Translations under genes and position numbers: made by a program
The notes under the pieces: model-generated
What the model saw: only the letters and a program-made list of their open reading frames with translations
Database searches by the model: none
What the model was told of the DNA's origin: nothing
From: Guillardia theta CCMP2712
Lineage: Eukaryota; Protista; Cryptophyta
Direction: 5' to 3'
NCBI RefSeq assembly: GCF_000315625.1
Contig: NW_005434555.1
Location: forward strand, 94,106-158,105
Length of the DNA: 64,000 nucleotides
Shown here: positions 37,901 through 51,354 of the stretch, piece by piece
Position numbering within the stretch: the first letter of the stretch is position 1
How the letters are laid out: each line of letters begins with the position of its first letter

Positions 37901-39709
37901 GTTGACGAGACTCTGCTCGCAGAAGAACGCGTCCGATTCCAACACGATTAGCGAGTAGCCATTGGGGTGAGGGTGGCAGCTGCTCGACATAGGCAGCTTA
38001 CCCTTGTTCCCCGTCTCCTCCCACACTCTATGGAGCCCATGGGTCAAGACAGCTCCGTAGACCAGCAGCACGACTCCTCCAGGCTTCACAAACATGTCGA
38101 GTGAAGACCTCACCAGCTTCTCCAGCTGATCGTAGGTAGAACATTGAACCACCCGCAAACATCGCCAGTCCAGCAGATCCTTCAGCTGGTCCTCAACAAT
38201 GACGACCTTGCAACGGGAGCTCTTGTCGGGCCTTGCACGCCACAGGATGGACGAGATCGCAGTCACAAGGCTTCTCGTTGACACGTCATCCAGAACCTCC
38301 CTGTCCAGCTTGTCCCAGTCCATGCAGTCCACGTTCTCGTCTTCTTGCACGTCTGGCCACACGATACACTTGAGCAGCTCTGCCTGTACAGCTGCGAGAA
38401 CACCGCAAGGCCCACTGCGATGCTGTAGCAGGCCAAACTGAAACCGTCCCCCTCCCCCCATGACCTTGTCGGGGGTCACAAACTCCAGACCCTGCTGGCC
38501 CCAGCTTTCGTGTAAATTTTGCAAGAGCTGTGGATCTTCGAGGTTGAATCTGGGCCAGACAACAGAGCTGAGCATGACTGCTTCCGATTCTTTGAGGACG
38601 CTCTCTACGTTGCCGGTGATAGCTCGCTGCAGCAATGCCTTCTCTGGCAACCTCAGCTGAAACCTGTCGTGCCCCATCATCGAGACTTTGCTGTAGATCT
38701 CTGTCACTCCATCCTCGGTGATATCACAGTTGTTGTCAAGGTCAAGCTCCGTCAAAGTCATATTCTGCATCACTGCATCTACGATAGCTGACGCACCTGC
38801 GTCACTGATACTGTTGTTGGTGAGAAGTAGAGTAGTGAGGGTTGTGTTTGTCTTCAAGGATGAGCTGATCATAGTGGCTGCTTCGTCTGTCAAGCCTCCT
38901 CTAACACCATCCATTGAGCATCTCAAGTCAAGATGTTTGATCGTCTGATTCTGTTTCAATGGATTCAACATGGGGAATATGTCAGAGTCACTGAACTGCA
39001 GCTCGATCTTTGTATCTTTCAAATCTTCATAGATGCCCTCGGAATCATTTCGAACCAAGCTCTCTGCGATCGATTGGATCGAGATGCCTGCTTCTTCATC
39101 GAATTCTTGTGACTCAAGCTTCTCTGTGGCGATCTTGATCGCGTCCTTGGTGACTTTTCGAAGTGACATCGCTGTACGAACCCGCTGCACCCACGCGTCT
39201 CGATCCCATTCGGTCTCACACATGAGGTGGATCGTTCGCTGCGTCCATTTGGTGTTTGACACATCCACTTTCAACCCTGCTTGCCCATTCCCTGATGGCG
39301 CCGGATAGTCAGGAATATCAGGAGGCTCTGGGGACGTGGCCTCCTTGGTGGAGCCAGCTCCTCTGATCCGAGGCGGAGACAGCGTTCTATCAAGCAACCC
39401 GTTCCACATGCTCCTTGTCGACCTCGAGTTCGGAGAGTCAGAATGCCTCGGAGAATCAGGACCTAGCTTCGACAACTTGTTCAGCCCATCCATCACCTGG
39501 ATCTGGAACTCCGTGGGCTTTGCACCAGCAGACACGCTCATAATGCTGTCCATGTCGAATACTCGTCGAGATTCCGATTCTGGAGTGTGAGAGTACCTCA
39601 AACTTGTACCCTCCAGCACAAACCAGCGCTTCTGCCACTTCTTTCCCAGCATTCCCTCCGCTTGCTTGTTGAGCCAGCCTTCCCGTCCATTTCCATTCCA
39701 AGTGAACAT
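34920..39709 (-). CDS. PH domain + RNI-like LRR + MINDY-3/4-type deubiquitinase with inserted RanBP2-like zinc finger (multi-exon)
   Basis: PH: REGWLNKQAEG...WQKRWFVL...DRDAWVQRV. LRR: LKTNTTLTTLLLTNNSISDAGA. MINDY: GLLQHRSGPCGVLAAVQA (Cys), PIWVVHGGSHYTVL (His), LEHYNGL, and terminal IPPILHVVRTRWANA...PSL* at 34920-35020. Confidence 0.85.
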
Positions 39710-41571
39710 CCTCTGAATAGGAATGGCGAGCGCGAGGTAACTATTGCAGGCAGGGGGCTCTAAGGAATCACAGCATCATCGGCAGTGTTCAAAGAAGCAT
39801 CTGCATCCTGCCAAGTCAGACTAGCAAATACGACTATTCCTGCATCAGCCCCGAAGTTGGTAGAGCCGCAATCGCTCTAGCCCCAACTGCGAAAGAGCGT
39901 CAAGAACACACGAGGATGGAGCTAGTCGTGGTGAGAAAGGTGCTGGCGCTCGCCATTTGACCATGTGGCTCTACCTTAAGGCAAAGGGGCATGGAGACAT
40001 CTGAATTTATCATTCCCTGAACTTGAGGCTCTTACCGAGACCTCATTCGAACAGCGTGAAAACCTACAACCTTTCTCTGATACCAGCAAAGACAAGCGCA
40101 ACCGAGGGTATCTTCTCATCTAGTATGCTATTACAATGTCTGGAGGATCAATCCAACGAATCAAATTCCCTCCCTTTCTTTGCCCTCACACTAATTCATT
40201 TCAAATTTTGCCAGCGGCTTCTTCAGCTACAGATTCAAGTTACTCTTGTCTTTGACCGAGGAAGGGTCCATGTTACTTCAGCTGTAATCAAAGTTTCCAA
40301 ATGCAGCATCGTCAGCAAGAATTTTTCTCTAGGTATCACAGATATTCCATTCTCCTCAATGCCGAGCTCCAATTTTCATTCTCAAAGACCTTTCTCTCCT
40401 AATCCCCATCATTCGAATCCTCATCCTATGGATCTTCAATTTCTTCCCAATCCTATCCCTCGTTTGAGCCCCTACCAAAATCATCCCTCCTCCTACTACT
40501 ACTACCTCCCCCCCCCCTCCCTCCTTCCCTCCCTCCCTCCCTCCTCCCCCCTCTTGCTCTGCTCCCCTCCACTTTCCCGCATTCCTTTCCAGCAACCCCT
40601 ACCCCATTCTACTTTACCCGACCCCCTAATATGTCACACCTACCCCCTGTTTCTGCCTTACCCTACCCATTCTTGCTATACCTCCAACATCACAGTACAA
40701 ATTGTACTACCCCTACCTCCCTAGAATGGCCCCACCCTCCACCTCTGCTCCTAAACCCCCCTCACACAAACAACCAAATTCAAGCCCCCACCCCACCCCA
40801 CCCCACCCCACCCCACCTCTAAAGCTATTGGCAGAGACCCCTGCCACCCCCCAATTTCCACAGAAATACCCCTACCCTGCTACAACTCTTTACCCCTACA
40901 TTCGCCACCTGACGCCGCCCCATGCTCCTTCTCCAGTCCCCAAATTGCCCACTCCTGAGCTCCCCTCCTCCCCCCATCGCCCACTGACTCAGTCGGGCCC
41001 GGCCCGGACTCACACGGTGTCGGGTAGCCTAGTAGTACGGTCGCCGCAGGGCCCCCGGGCCGGGCTACCGTACAGGGAGGCTCCGCCGCCGCCCGGGGCT
41101 GCCGGGGGCCGGGCCCGGCGGGCCCCGGAGGCTCTACCGGGCCTAAACAATCGCGAGCCCGCCCCTGTCAGAGTGTAGCGAAGTACTAAGAGCAGGTAGG
41201 GGCTTGGCTCTTGGGATGATAAGAGTATTTATGCAGTAGAGTAGGCATAGAAAGTGGGCAAGAATGGAAGCCAGAATGAGAAGACTCTCAGAACGAGAGA
41301 GTAAGAGAGGAGGAGGAGAGGGGAAAAGAGAGAGAGAGAGGGAGCTAGAGGTGCCATATATTTGGGGTAATGCCTACCCCAAGGATGCTTCCTCTGCCAG
41401 CCGGGTCATGCCATCTGATCAGTGCGAATAGTCGTAATGGAGAACCGTTCCAGTACAGACGGTTACAAATTCTCAGTTTGGGCCCGGCAAGTCTGGGCTC
41501 TGATATATGATCCATGTGATCCGTCAATGACAGCGAGTCCGCCGGACTGGCATGCGGCATCGCTTCTTGCG

Positions 41572-44500
41572 TCAGTACACGGTGAACGAAAGGGCTAGAT
41601 ATAACGCGTCGGATTCATAATGTACACTAACTCTACTCCACCATCTCCTCTGAATCCTCCGACCACCATCATGTTCCTCGCCCTCACATGGGCCCTGCAG
41701 CATCCGTCCCCACCCAAGTGTGGCTCTTTCGGATCCAGTCGATGAGCTCGAGCTCGGACACGAAGGGCCTGAGCTCGATCGAGTCTTTCCTCGACCCTTT
41801 CTTGCTCCTTGCCGACGAGGCAGCGATCTGGAAGTGGTCTTGAACCGCGTCCTCCCCCCCGTTCTCCTCCCGCGTCTCTCTGGGCGGTAGCTCCTGACCC
41901 GCCTGTACATGCTCACTAGCTCCCTCCTTGGCGGCGTCAGCTCCATTGACGAGGAGGAAGAGCTGCTTCCTGAGAACCTCGTTCTGCCGCTCTAGATGCT
42001 TGCAGTAGTCCTGCCAGGGTTCAGCTGGATAGACCAGTGGGGCACAGTACCTGGAGGGAGGAGAGCTGGCCTTTCAAAATGGACTCCCTGTCTCCGTTGC
42101 TGGTATCAGGAGGTTCCGATTCCACGTCGGAGCCCGAGGAGTAAGCTAGCACAAGGAGCACGTGAGGATGAACACGGCAGGGAGAGCAGGATGAATGAGC
42201 GTGTCGTGGAGGGTGAGGGGAGGCGAAGGTCTCGGGGGAGGGGGAGGAAGACATCGGTAAGGCATGCTCCTCACCTTCCCTTGCAAAGGTCTTGGCGTTC
42301 ATGCGGGAGGGAGACATCATGGTAGGGTAGATGTTTGATTCAGAGTTGCTCCTCCTCGGCAACGAGCTCGTCACCTTCGCCGCGCCGTTCTCTTCCACCT
42401 GCGTACATCTCTGAAACAGCACGTATAGCTTCCAGCTCTCGAAGGACTTGGCTGTGCTCTGATGCCTCCAGTGCTCCACCACTCGATTGAGGACATTCCA
42501 CGCGTTGGATATTCGCCTGCTCTCCTCAATCCATGCCATGAACGCGGCCGAGAGGAGGCGAGAGTTCCAACGTTGCACAGCGTGTTGGACTGCCTTAGTT
42601 TGGAACTTGAAGAGCTCAGAGTGCTCAACCCAGCACTGCCATGCCTTCGCCTGTGACATGAATCGCAGCTTGTTGATCACCTTCCTGCTCACCCGCGCCA
42701 GCCTGTTGCTCTCCGCGTCACCCTCCCCGCTCGAGCAGCCGATCCGGAAGTGAAAGTCCAACGTGATCTGCTTCGCGTACGTCTTACCACACTTAGGGCA
42801 TCCGAAGCGCCGACGGAGCTCGCTCTCATGATGAGGGGACTCCGATGGAGCTTCTGTCAAGGAAGGTTGCCAAAGGTTCGGCATGCGGGAGTGCATGGCG
42901 GACGAGACCATGGCCTTGAAGTTGACGCTCTTCCTGCAATCCATCGAGACCTCTGCTCCGCTGTCGTCGATGCTCTTAAAGCTGTTGCTTGGCGATCGCG
43001 CATGAAGGACTGGCATGCTACCTCGAAAGAATTCTGAGTTAAGCCAAGGCTTCTTCGGCTGTCTCGAGGCCGTCTCAGGGAACGCCCCGTCCTCCCGCAC
43101 GCAGTACGTGTGAACGGCCTCGTTGATCTCTTGCAAGAGCTCGGAGGCATACGTGGTGGCGGCCCCATGTGTAGAGGAGATGATGTCCTCGAGCTGCTTC
43201 TTCAGTCTCAGGTCATGCATCTTCCTGTGACAGTACTTGCTCGCGCTCAACTTGATCAAGATGTCACAGCAGAGCTTGAGCTCGCTCACTCCATCCGACC
43301 CGCTCATGCCCTGCATCTCCTCGTGCTTTTTCCACTTGGAGACATACTCCACCAGCTCCCCAACGAAGTTGCAGTCGATCCCGACGATGTCCAGGTCAGC
43401 GAACGTCATCATATTCTTGAGCGCAAACAAGACGTCAACCACGGGGAAGCGGTATCCTTCAAAGTCCTGCCCCTCCCACGATGCTCTGAAGATTTTGACA
43501 ACGATCTCCAAATTCTTCTTGTTCAGCCAAATCTGCACCTCCTTGGCTTGTATGTTAGCGAGACACATGAGCGCAAGGCCGATGCAAGTGCTGGAAGCTT
43601 CAGTGGTGTTCTTGTGCGCAAACAGCACGTTGACCAGGGCAGGAGGAACTCCGCTGGACCTGAATCCCTCCGATGCCGACGAGAAGCGCGAGATGCAGAA
43701 GAGCAGTGCGATGGTCTTTCGAACAAGTTTCGTGTCGTGTGTGGACACGATGAGTGACGTGATCTTCGATAGCAGGACGCTGTTCCCGAGAATCTCCGAG
43801 ACTGCAATCTCCTCCCCGACTAGCACGATGTTTCTCAACAAGAGAAGAATACACATGGAAAGTCTGTGTGACTCTGGGCTGATTAGCTGGCCGCAAGAGA
43901 ACAAGAAGTCAGGAAACTCTAAGATCTCCTGAGTGATGTCCTTCCCGCCCACAGCAAGCAGAGAAAGCAGGAGAGATGCAATTGCCTGACATTCTTCTTT
44001 CCTGGTCTTCATGACGTTGATCAACCCCGCCAGGAACAACGGCGTCTGAGCGAGCTGCCGAGCAAGATTGTCGTTGGAATCTATAGGAAAGCACCACAGC
44101 ATGTTGCCAAGGCTTCCATGAAGTGCGTACACAGCTCCATCTCCACATCCAACAAAGACCTGATTCTCCCAGGAGAAGATCTGCATTACATGAGATTCCA
44201 CCTCTGACTTGTAAAAGCAAAGCGAACTCTCGTCTCCGCTGTGGAGCGAGAAGTTGAAAACATACGATGAGTCGACCAAGCAGAGCTGCATGAAAGACTG
44301 GAGGATCGACCGCACCATGAGATCATCCAACCCCTCCGTGTGTGAATTTCTGCGCCGAAACATATGGTTCTTCACGCTTTCCTTGGTTATGCTCGCAGCA
44401 AACGCTTCGAGGGACCTGCACTCCGCGGGAACCTCGTGAGAGGTCCTAGTGCTGGAGAAGGAAGACTCCATGTCCAGCTGCTTCCCCTTCACATCTACCT

Positions 44501-44954
44501 GCCCGATCTGCTTGGCATACATCAGCCTCATATTGTGTACTTGCCGGACCTTTTCTATCTCGTGTATGCCTTTGATTCTTCTCATCGCGTTCTCCAGGCA
44601 CTCATCCATGACTTGCACATTCTCCTTGGACAGCCTCAGGCAGCTATCTCCCACCTCCTCTGTGAATTTGTCGACTTCTTCCTCCAGGTGCGAGATCTCA
44701 GTCTCGATCCTGAAGAGCTCTTCGAGGTTGGCAATGTTGGGGTCTTCGTGGAAACTTTTTCTCTTAGGGAGTCTGTACGGGAGCGCAGGATCAGGATGAA
44801 CTGCAACATAGGGGGCTCTCTCTGTCCCCGCCCCTTTCTCTTCATTCTGAGCAGAGCTCTTCCTTGAACTCTTGTTCTGATCGCGCGTTCGGCGCCCATG
44901 ACCGCTGTCAGTTCTCACTACATAGACATCTGGAAAACTATATAGCAGGCTCAT
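41572..44954 (-). CDS. Multidomain protein: coiled coil, PQQ/WD-like beta repeat, ARM repeats, C2HC zinc finger, Sfi1-like repeats
   Basis: 977-aa ORF plus 3' exon(s). VFVGCGDGAVYALHGSLGNMLWCF; ARM-like helices (GVPPALVNVL, LALMCLANI); CPKCGKTYAKQITLDFHFRIGC; AWxxW/AFxxW/SFxxW at 33-aa spacing. Confidence 0.7.
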
Positions 44955-46163
44955 GACGCGCGTTCAGCGTCCTATCCGAGTCGCTGAACTCACGTCAAGT
45001 GAAGAATTTGTTCCTTGTCATCAGCACGGCATATCGTGAAGAGTCTAGAGGCCAAAGTTAACCTCGTGTGTGGCTGGAACGTTTCAAGCCCTTCCTGCTT
45101 GCTTGTCCTCAGAGTCACCCATCGGTCACAATATGTTATTGATGTTGGAGCAGAGACGTGCTTAGAACCTCCCAGTGATACAAAATGGCGTCTGTCTCCT
45201 CCTCCCCCTTGTCTCCTTCCTCCCCCTTATCCTCGTGTTTGTCTCCGCCAATCGTGGACGGTGACCCTTTGAGTTGTCGTCACTTCAGCACGTCGTTTCC
45301 TTCCTCTTTCACTGGGCCACCTTGCAGCTTATCTTCTCTTCTCTATGATTCGGTGACTTCTCCTGCCCTTGTCTTGCTCGTTTCTCCTCTTCCTCCTCTC
45401 TCCTCGCTCCCCTCTCATGATCGCATATCCTGCTTTCTTGTCGATACCACCCCCAACCCCCTTCAAACCCACCCCACCCCAGGTGGATAATAGCTAGATA
45501 GAGGGGATATCACCCGACTCATCACCACCCTACCCCGTCGATCAGTTTCCAGTACTGTGTTGTAAAAGTTGTAGCAGACAAAGGAAAGTTTGACTAAAAC
45601 TTCATGTGGAGGGGGTGGGGTCCTTTTGCTCCAAATTGTACCGGAGAGATCTCGAAGATGAGGGGCTCACACGGTGCTGGGGGTATGACCAGGGGAAAAG
45701 GGGGGTAGGGAGTCTTTAGATACTTTTGTCTACCGGGCCGGGACAGCGAGTCACTGGCCAGCCCGCCGGGAGCGGCGCCGGGCCGCGCCGCCGCGGTTCC
45801 GGGTAGGGCCCGGCGCGGCGGCCGGGCGCGGCCCAACTCAGTAACAGTGGCAGTTTTGGGGACAGCAGTTTCCGGCGGACTCAGGCTCCCGGCCCCGGAG
45901 CCTCGGCCTGCCCGGCCGCAGCCGCCGGGCCAACGGAGCCTGAGTCCGATTCGACTGTTAACTAAATCTAATTGGTAGTACTATCTACCCACTTTATATC
46001 CTACCCCCACCTACACATCTCGCACTATTTGTACCCCCTGAATCTCCCATGCTTCCAAGACCGCACTACCCACCCCGATCTCTGCGATTTTTTAGTACCC
46101 ACTGTCGCTCCGAGGCTGGGACATGCTGGGTACCTTGCAGCCACTGAAAGACGTGCCGTCGAT

Positions 46164-48879
46164 ATGGCGGCGAAGGTGGTAGCGGCAGAAGGAGCAATAG
46201 CAAGGGAAGAGCTCCAGGTGGACTGTTTCTGTTGGCTCAGTCTTCGGGTTCAGCGTTGTGAGGGAAGCATTAACCACTATCGGGCCTAGGGAGCAAGGAG
46301 TGCGGTTTGGGAAGCATAGCAAGAGTACAAAAGACCGAGGTCTGGGCGCAGGAAGAAGCAGCACGGGAAGGGATCAGCTAGTAGCATCCTGTTAGGGAAC
46401 GAAAGGGAGAAGGGCGTTGAACACCAGACGGAGGTTGCGAAGAGCACCGCTGGATTGTCCATCCGACTAGCGTTTCCACCGCTGCCTTGGTGGTGGACTT
46501 CATCCGTACCTACCGTCAGATAAATCACCAATGTTTGCATGGATTGCAAATATCCATGAGGCCTTTGACTTCGTGAGCGGCACCAATGACGTCATCGTCA
46601 TCAAGCACCCCACCGGAGAGTTGCGATCCTCGCAGTTTTCAGTGCAGACCAATGCTGGTATCATCAAGAGGTGAGAAGAGTGACGTTCGACCCCTGCTGA
46701 CGCCTTGTGAACGAGAAGACACCATCTCGGCCAGTCCGTGCATGTCTATCTCAACGGTCTCCCCACCAACCTGCACATGAAGATCGACAACGAGGGCAGG
46801 TTGAGACCATGAAGCTGGCTACCTGCTGGATACCTTGGCTGAGCAGCTTGCTCAGGTGTGTCTTTCCTGGAGGAGGAACGAAACCTACCGAGGAGGAGAT
46901 AAATCTTCTTCCTGTGAGGTAGATACCTGCTCCTCATCGTCCTGGTCCTGGTCCTGGTCCTGTGCCTTGTACTCTTTCTCCTTGCGTAGAGCCTTGGCCA
47001 CTCGTTGAATTATTTGTTACAGAGAAGGTCGCAATTCGCTGGATTTTCGTGTCAGCGGGGTAAGGAAGGGGAGGGGCAGGAGATGAAGGCATAGAAGCAC
47101 GAGAGAAGGAGGAGAAGAGGAGGGGAAGACCAACGGGAGGGGCTTTCTTGACGTGTTGGCTGGCCCGCAGGACATTTTGGCGTCAGCTGGACTTTTCTGT
47201 TGGAAGAGTACCGACAAGATTGTCATTGTTGACATCGATGGGACTATCACGAGGACTGACGTGGGAGGGGTGAGTGCAATAACGATGATGTTGATGGAGA
47301 TGATTGTGGTGTTGGTGTTGGTGACGATGAAGATGAAGAGTGAGGAAAAGAAGGTGTAAGCTGTTTGAAAGGTGTTGGCTTCAAGCGAGCTCGGTCAGAG
47401 TCTTGGACTTCTTCACTCACACGCGGTAAGAGAAGGGGGTGGAGAAAGGGGTCCATGAGAGAGGGGAATGAATCGTCAGCATATGTGAGAGGTTTGGAGC
47501 TAAGAGTGAAGGGGAGAGCAGGAGAGCAGGAGAGCAGGAGAGCAGGAGAGCAGGAGAGCAGGAGAGCAGGAGAGCAGGAGAGCAGGAGAGCAGGAGAGCA
47601 GGAGAGGGTCATGAACTTGTATTACAGGGTGTATGTGAAGTCCTTTCGGGAATTGCGTCCAGCGGGTAATCAAGCCACACTCCAGCTAAAAGGGCACGTA
47701 TAGTTTCTTACCTCGTCCATGGCAGGTATCGGCTGTTGTTTCTCACTGCACGGCCCATCACTAGGGCAGATGCAACCAGAAAGTATCTCAGTCAAATTGG
47801 CTCGGTGAGCCTCCTCCCTCCTCCCTCCTCCCTCCTCCCTCCTCCCTCCTCCCTCCTTCCTCCTCCCTCCTCCCTCCTCCCTCCTCCCTCCTCCCTCCTC
47901 CCTCCTCCCTCCTCCCTCCTCCCTTCTTCCTTCTCCCTGGTCCCCGCTCCATGCATCTGTCTTCCGTCCCTCCTTCGCTCTCCTTCGTCCTCTAGATTTC
48001 TTTTCGTACTTGTTCTCTGATCCCAGTGCAGGAGGATCAGCTCAGCATGCCACAAGGAGCTCTTGTTACCTCCGCTCTTGGCACTTTCAACACGATGACA
48101 GCTGTTTGGAAGGTTCTCGCCGCTCACCCTGCTTCCTCTCCTGCTATGCTCTCTGCTCTCTTCTCTCTGCTCTCTGCTCTCTGCTTCCTGCATCCCTCCA
48201 TCTCTTCCTCAAAATGCGCCTCGAGCTTCTTTCTGTTTCCATGTGTCAGTGACAGAGGATCTTACTCGTTTGCTGTAGGACATCAAGGCATACAAAGTAC
48301 AGCAGCTAGTGGAGATCCAGAATCTCTTCGGAGACGCGCTTGAGGAGGTCAGGAGTGAGAGGAAGAGGAAAGGAGTGAAGGATGAAGGGGAGGGTGTGGG
48401 GGGGAATAAGAGGATGAGGGGCAAGTAGAGGGCAGGAAGAGGTTGTTCATTCTCCTCATTTGCGCTGATCAGGGTGAAACCTGCTTTGTCGGTGGATTTG
48501 GAAATCATGACTACGATGCTGCTTCCTACGTGGACGTGGTAAACGAGAGGGGAGGAAGGTGGGGGGGGGGGGGGGGGGGGAAAAGGGAGATAAAGTTGGA
48601 AAGGTTGCTCAGGAAGGGGAGCAAAGAGCAGGGAAGACCTGAGGGAATGACTATTTAGTGGTAAGAGAATACAAGTCAGGGAAGGAGTAGAGTGAGAGGC
48701 AGAGCACGAAGAGGACGAGGATGAGGATGAGAGGGGACTGGAGACTGACGCAAGGTGGACAGGGTTGCCAGAAGGAGCGAGTGTTTATCATCGATGAAGA
48801 CTCGGTCATTCGTGTAGAAGGAAGCACAGTCACGTACAACGGATATCCAGCAATGCTTCCGGTCTTGCAAGAGCTGTGA
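46164..48879 (+). CDS. PAH1: Lipin/Pah1 family phosphatidate phosphatase (N-LIP + LNS2/C-LIP), many exons
   Basis: N-LIP: SGTNDVIVIKHPTGELRSSQF, VHVYLNG..LHMKIDNEG. HAD motif KIVIVDIDGTITRTD (47231-47245); LFLTARP; GGFGNHDYDAASY; RVFII. Confidence 0.9.
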
Positions 48880-49009
48880 GAAACCCCTGGCTCACCACAC
48901 CCGTTTACCATATACTTTCCCCCTGTTCCCTCTCGCTCCAGCTCCCTACCTGTTCCCGCTTCCGCTCTCTCTCCTGCTCCTGCTCCTGCTCCTGCTCCTC
49001 CTTCTGCCC

Positions 49010-51214
49010 CCTGAGCATCCTCTGACTTCGCGGCAGGTTCCCCCCCACCATTCTTCTTCAGAAGCAGAAGCATCAAGGGGTGGCAGTCCCCATCTCTCCC
49101 ATTGGCGGTGGGGCCTCCAATCCCTTCTCCGTGAACAAGATTCCTGGAGCAGCGCTTCTCGGGGAGGTAATAAGCTCCTCTCCCATCTCCTCCCTGCTGT
49201 ATCGCCTGTCGAGATGGTGTTCTGCTACAGTCCTCGCCCACGTCCTCCTCCCGCTCTTATCCTCCTTCCCCAACTTCGCTTTGTCCATATCTGATCAATG
49301 CCATTTTTCTGTTGCTGGCCCATCACCCATCGCCTTATGCTCTCCTCCATCGTCGTCACTGAAAACGTTCACAGGGCATCGGGAAAGTCTGGGGAAACGT
49401 GACGAGCACCACGAATGAGTGAGTCACTTCGTGCTGCTGCTGCTGCTGTCCTGCTCCTCCCCACTCCTCTGCTGTCCTGCTCCTTCCTCTCCTGCAGTCC
49501 TGCTCCTCCTCATCCTTGTCTCTGTCCTCCTGAGGCTCTTGCAGCATGACGACGGGGATGGGCAACAGCCTGCAGACCATTCCTGCTGTCCAGTCCTTCT
49601 CCAAGGTCCCAGTCCCTGAGCTCCCCAAGATGCCGAGTATGGTGGTGAGGATGCGCGCGAGCTGCGAGTCCGGAGGCTGAGTCAACTGCAGATTCCTGAC
49701 CTCCTCTCACGTGGGAAGCCGCCGGATTACGACGATCCCCTGACACACGGGCTGGTGGATCGAGGAGAGTGAAGGATTAACAGACGACATCTGAACGGAA
49801 TGCAAACACTGAATGTGCGCACTCCCTCCTCCTCCTCCTCCTCCTTCCTTGCCTTTTCCATCTTGCTCGTCGCTCCTTGGCCCTCCCAACTCCTCGTCTT
49901 CCTCTTCCTCTTCTTGGTCATCCTCCGGCTCCCCTTGCTCTCGGGCGACCATCAAACAAGCCGGACTAGCGGCTCGTCGAATCGAAGTCGCTGAGGTAGC
50001 GACGACACGTACACCTCGCCACGACGTTGTCGCTCTGCTTCGGAGGACCGAGCTGTACTGTCACGATGCTCTCTCCTTTTCCCGCTGCCTCTTCTGCTCT
50101 TAACATAGTCACTCTCGCGCCCTCCCCTCGCCTTCTCCGGGGAGCATGGCGGTCTTTGCCGCCTACCCGAACCCTTCGTCACGGCGTCAGCAACAGCCAA
50201 CGAGAGCAGCTGCAGAAGACTGTCGGTCTGCTGCTCCACTCGGAGCCTTTCCTTCACCAACTGCGTGATCTCTTCCTCATAGAGCCCGCGCTCGCAGTTC
50301 CGTTGCTCCTCGAGTTGCTGGACCCCCACCTCGACCACGGCCCCCTCATCACTTTCCCTTCCTACATCGGACAGAGTGCCTCCCCGCTGCGCACTCCCTG
50401 ATGAGACTATCTTCAGATGATCTCGGTCCTCCTTCTTCTCCTCCTCGGCCTCTAGCACCGACGAGTACTCCTTGATCGCGCACTTGATCTCCGCGTCTGT
50501 CATGTATGCGAAAGCATCCAGGAGCCTTCGACTTTGCTCGACCTCCGCGTCCTCCTGCCGTGTGTCGACATTCGACAAGAGAGCATCGCTGCTGCACACA
50601 GAGCATGTCATGTCCATTCGCAGCCGGGATTGCACGATGCCGTCTCACCTGCTCGTCATGCGAGGAGGAGGATAGGGACTCTGGTGCGCTGCTGACTCCC
50701 TCGCTCGCTCCGTAGGCAGTATCACTTCCCTGGGAGAGAGTCAAACATGCCCTCACTCCAGCGCATGAGGAAGCACCAGCCATGATCTTGTCGCTTGTCT
50801 CTCCTCCTGATCAGCGGCTTCGTCGCCTGGAGCAGTTCGTCCTTGACTTGGCCGTCGGAGGTGCTGCACCACAGGACCTCTCCGCTGAACAAGTCTCGGA
50901 CCATCGCGTTCTCGCCCCTACACGTGCAGATGGTCTCAACGAGCACACAAGTACATTATCAAGGAGGCAGTCCAGAGAGGGGGGGGGAGTGCTGACCTGA
51001 AGCACAAGAACACTGTCTTGCCGCGGTAAGAGAAGAAAGTGGGAAGAAGGGCAGAGGATGCTGAGGGCTTGGAGGAGGAAGGGGAGGGGGGAGGTGGGGG
51101 AAGGAGGGAGGAGGGAGGAGGAGGAATCAGTTCCCATCGCATCTCTCGCCATGCGAGATGCGCCGCCATGTCCCCCCGTACCCTCCGACCCTCAACTCGC
51201 ATTGTGCGCAGCAT
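49010..51214 (-). CDS. Hypothetical multi-exon protein with central coiled coil
   Basis: Chain of open exons (50722-50946, 49952-50635, 49073-49288) flanked by GT/AG; no recognised domain. Confidence 0.45.
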
Positions 51215-51354
51215 CAGCCGTCTGATGGGCCCACTGTCATTCTCCGGTTGACCCGGTTTAAACCGATTTTATTTGGTTTGAACCACCATCGGGTCCGCCT
51301 CAGTGCATTCCACCAACTCGGCATGCTCGGATTTTCGAGTTGATCCAAACGAGA

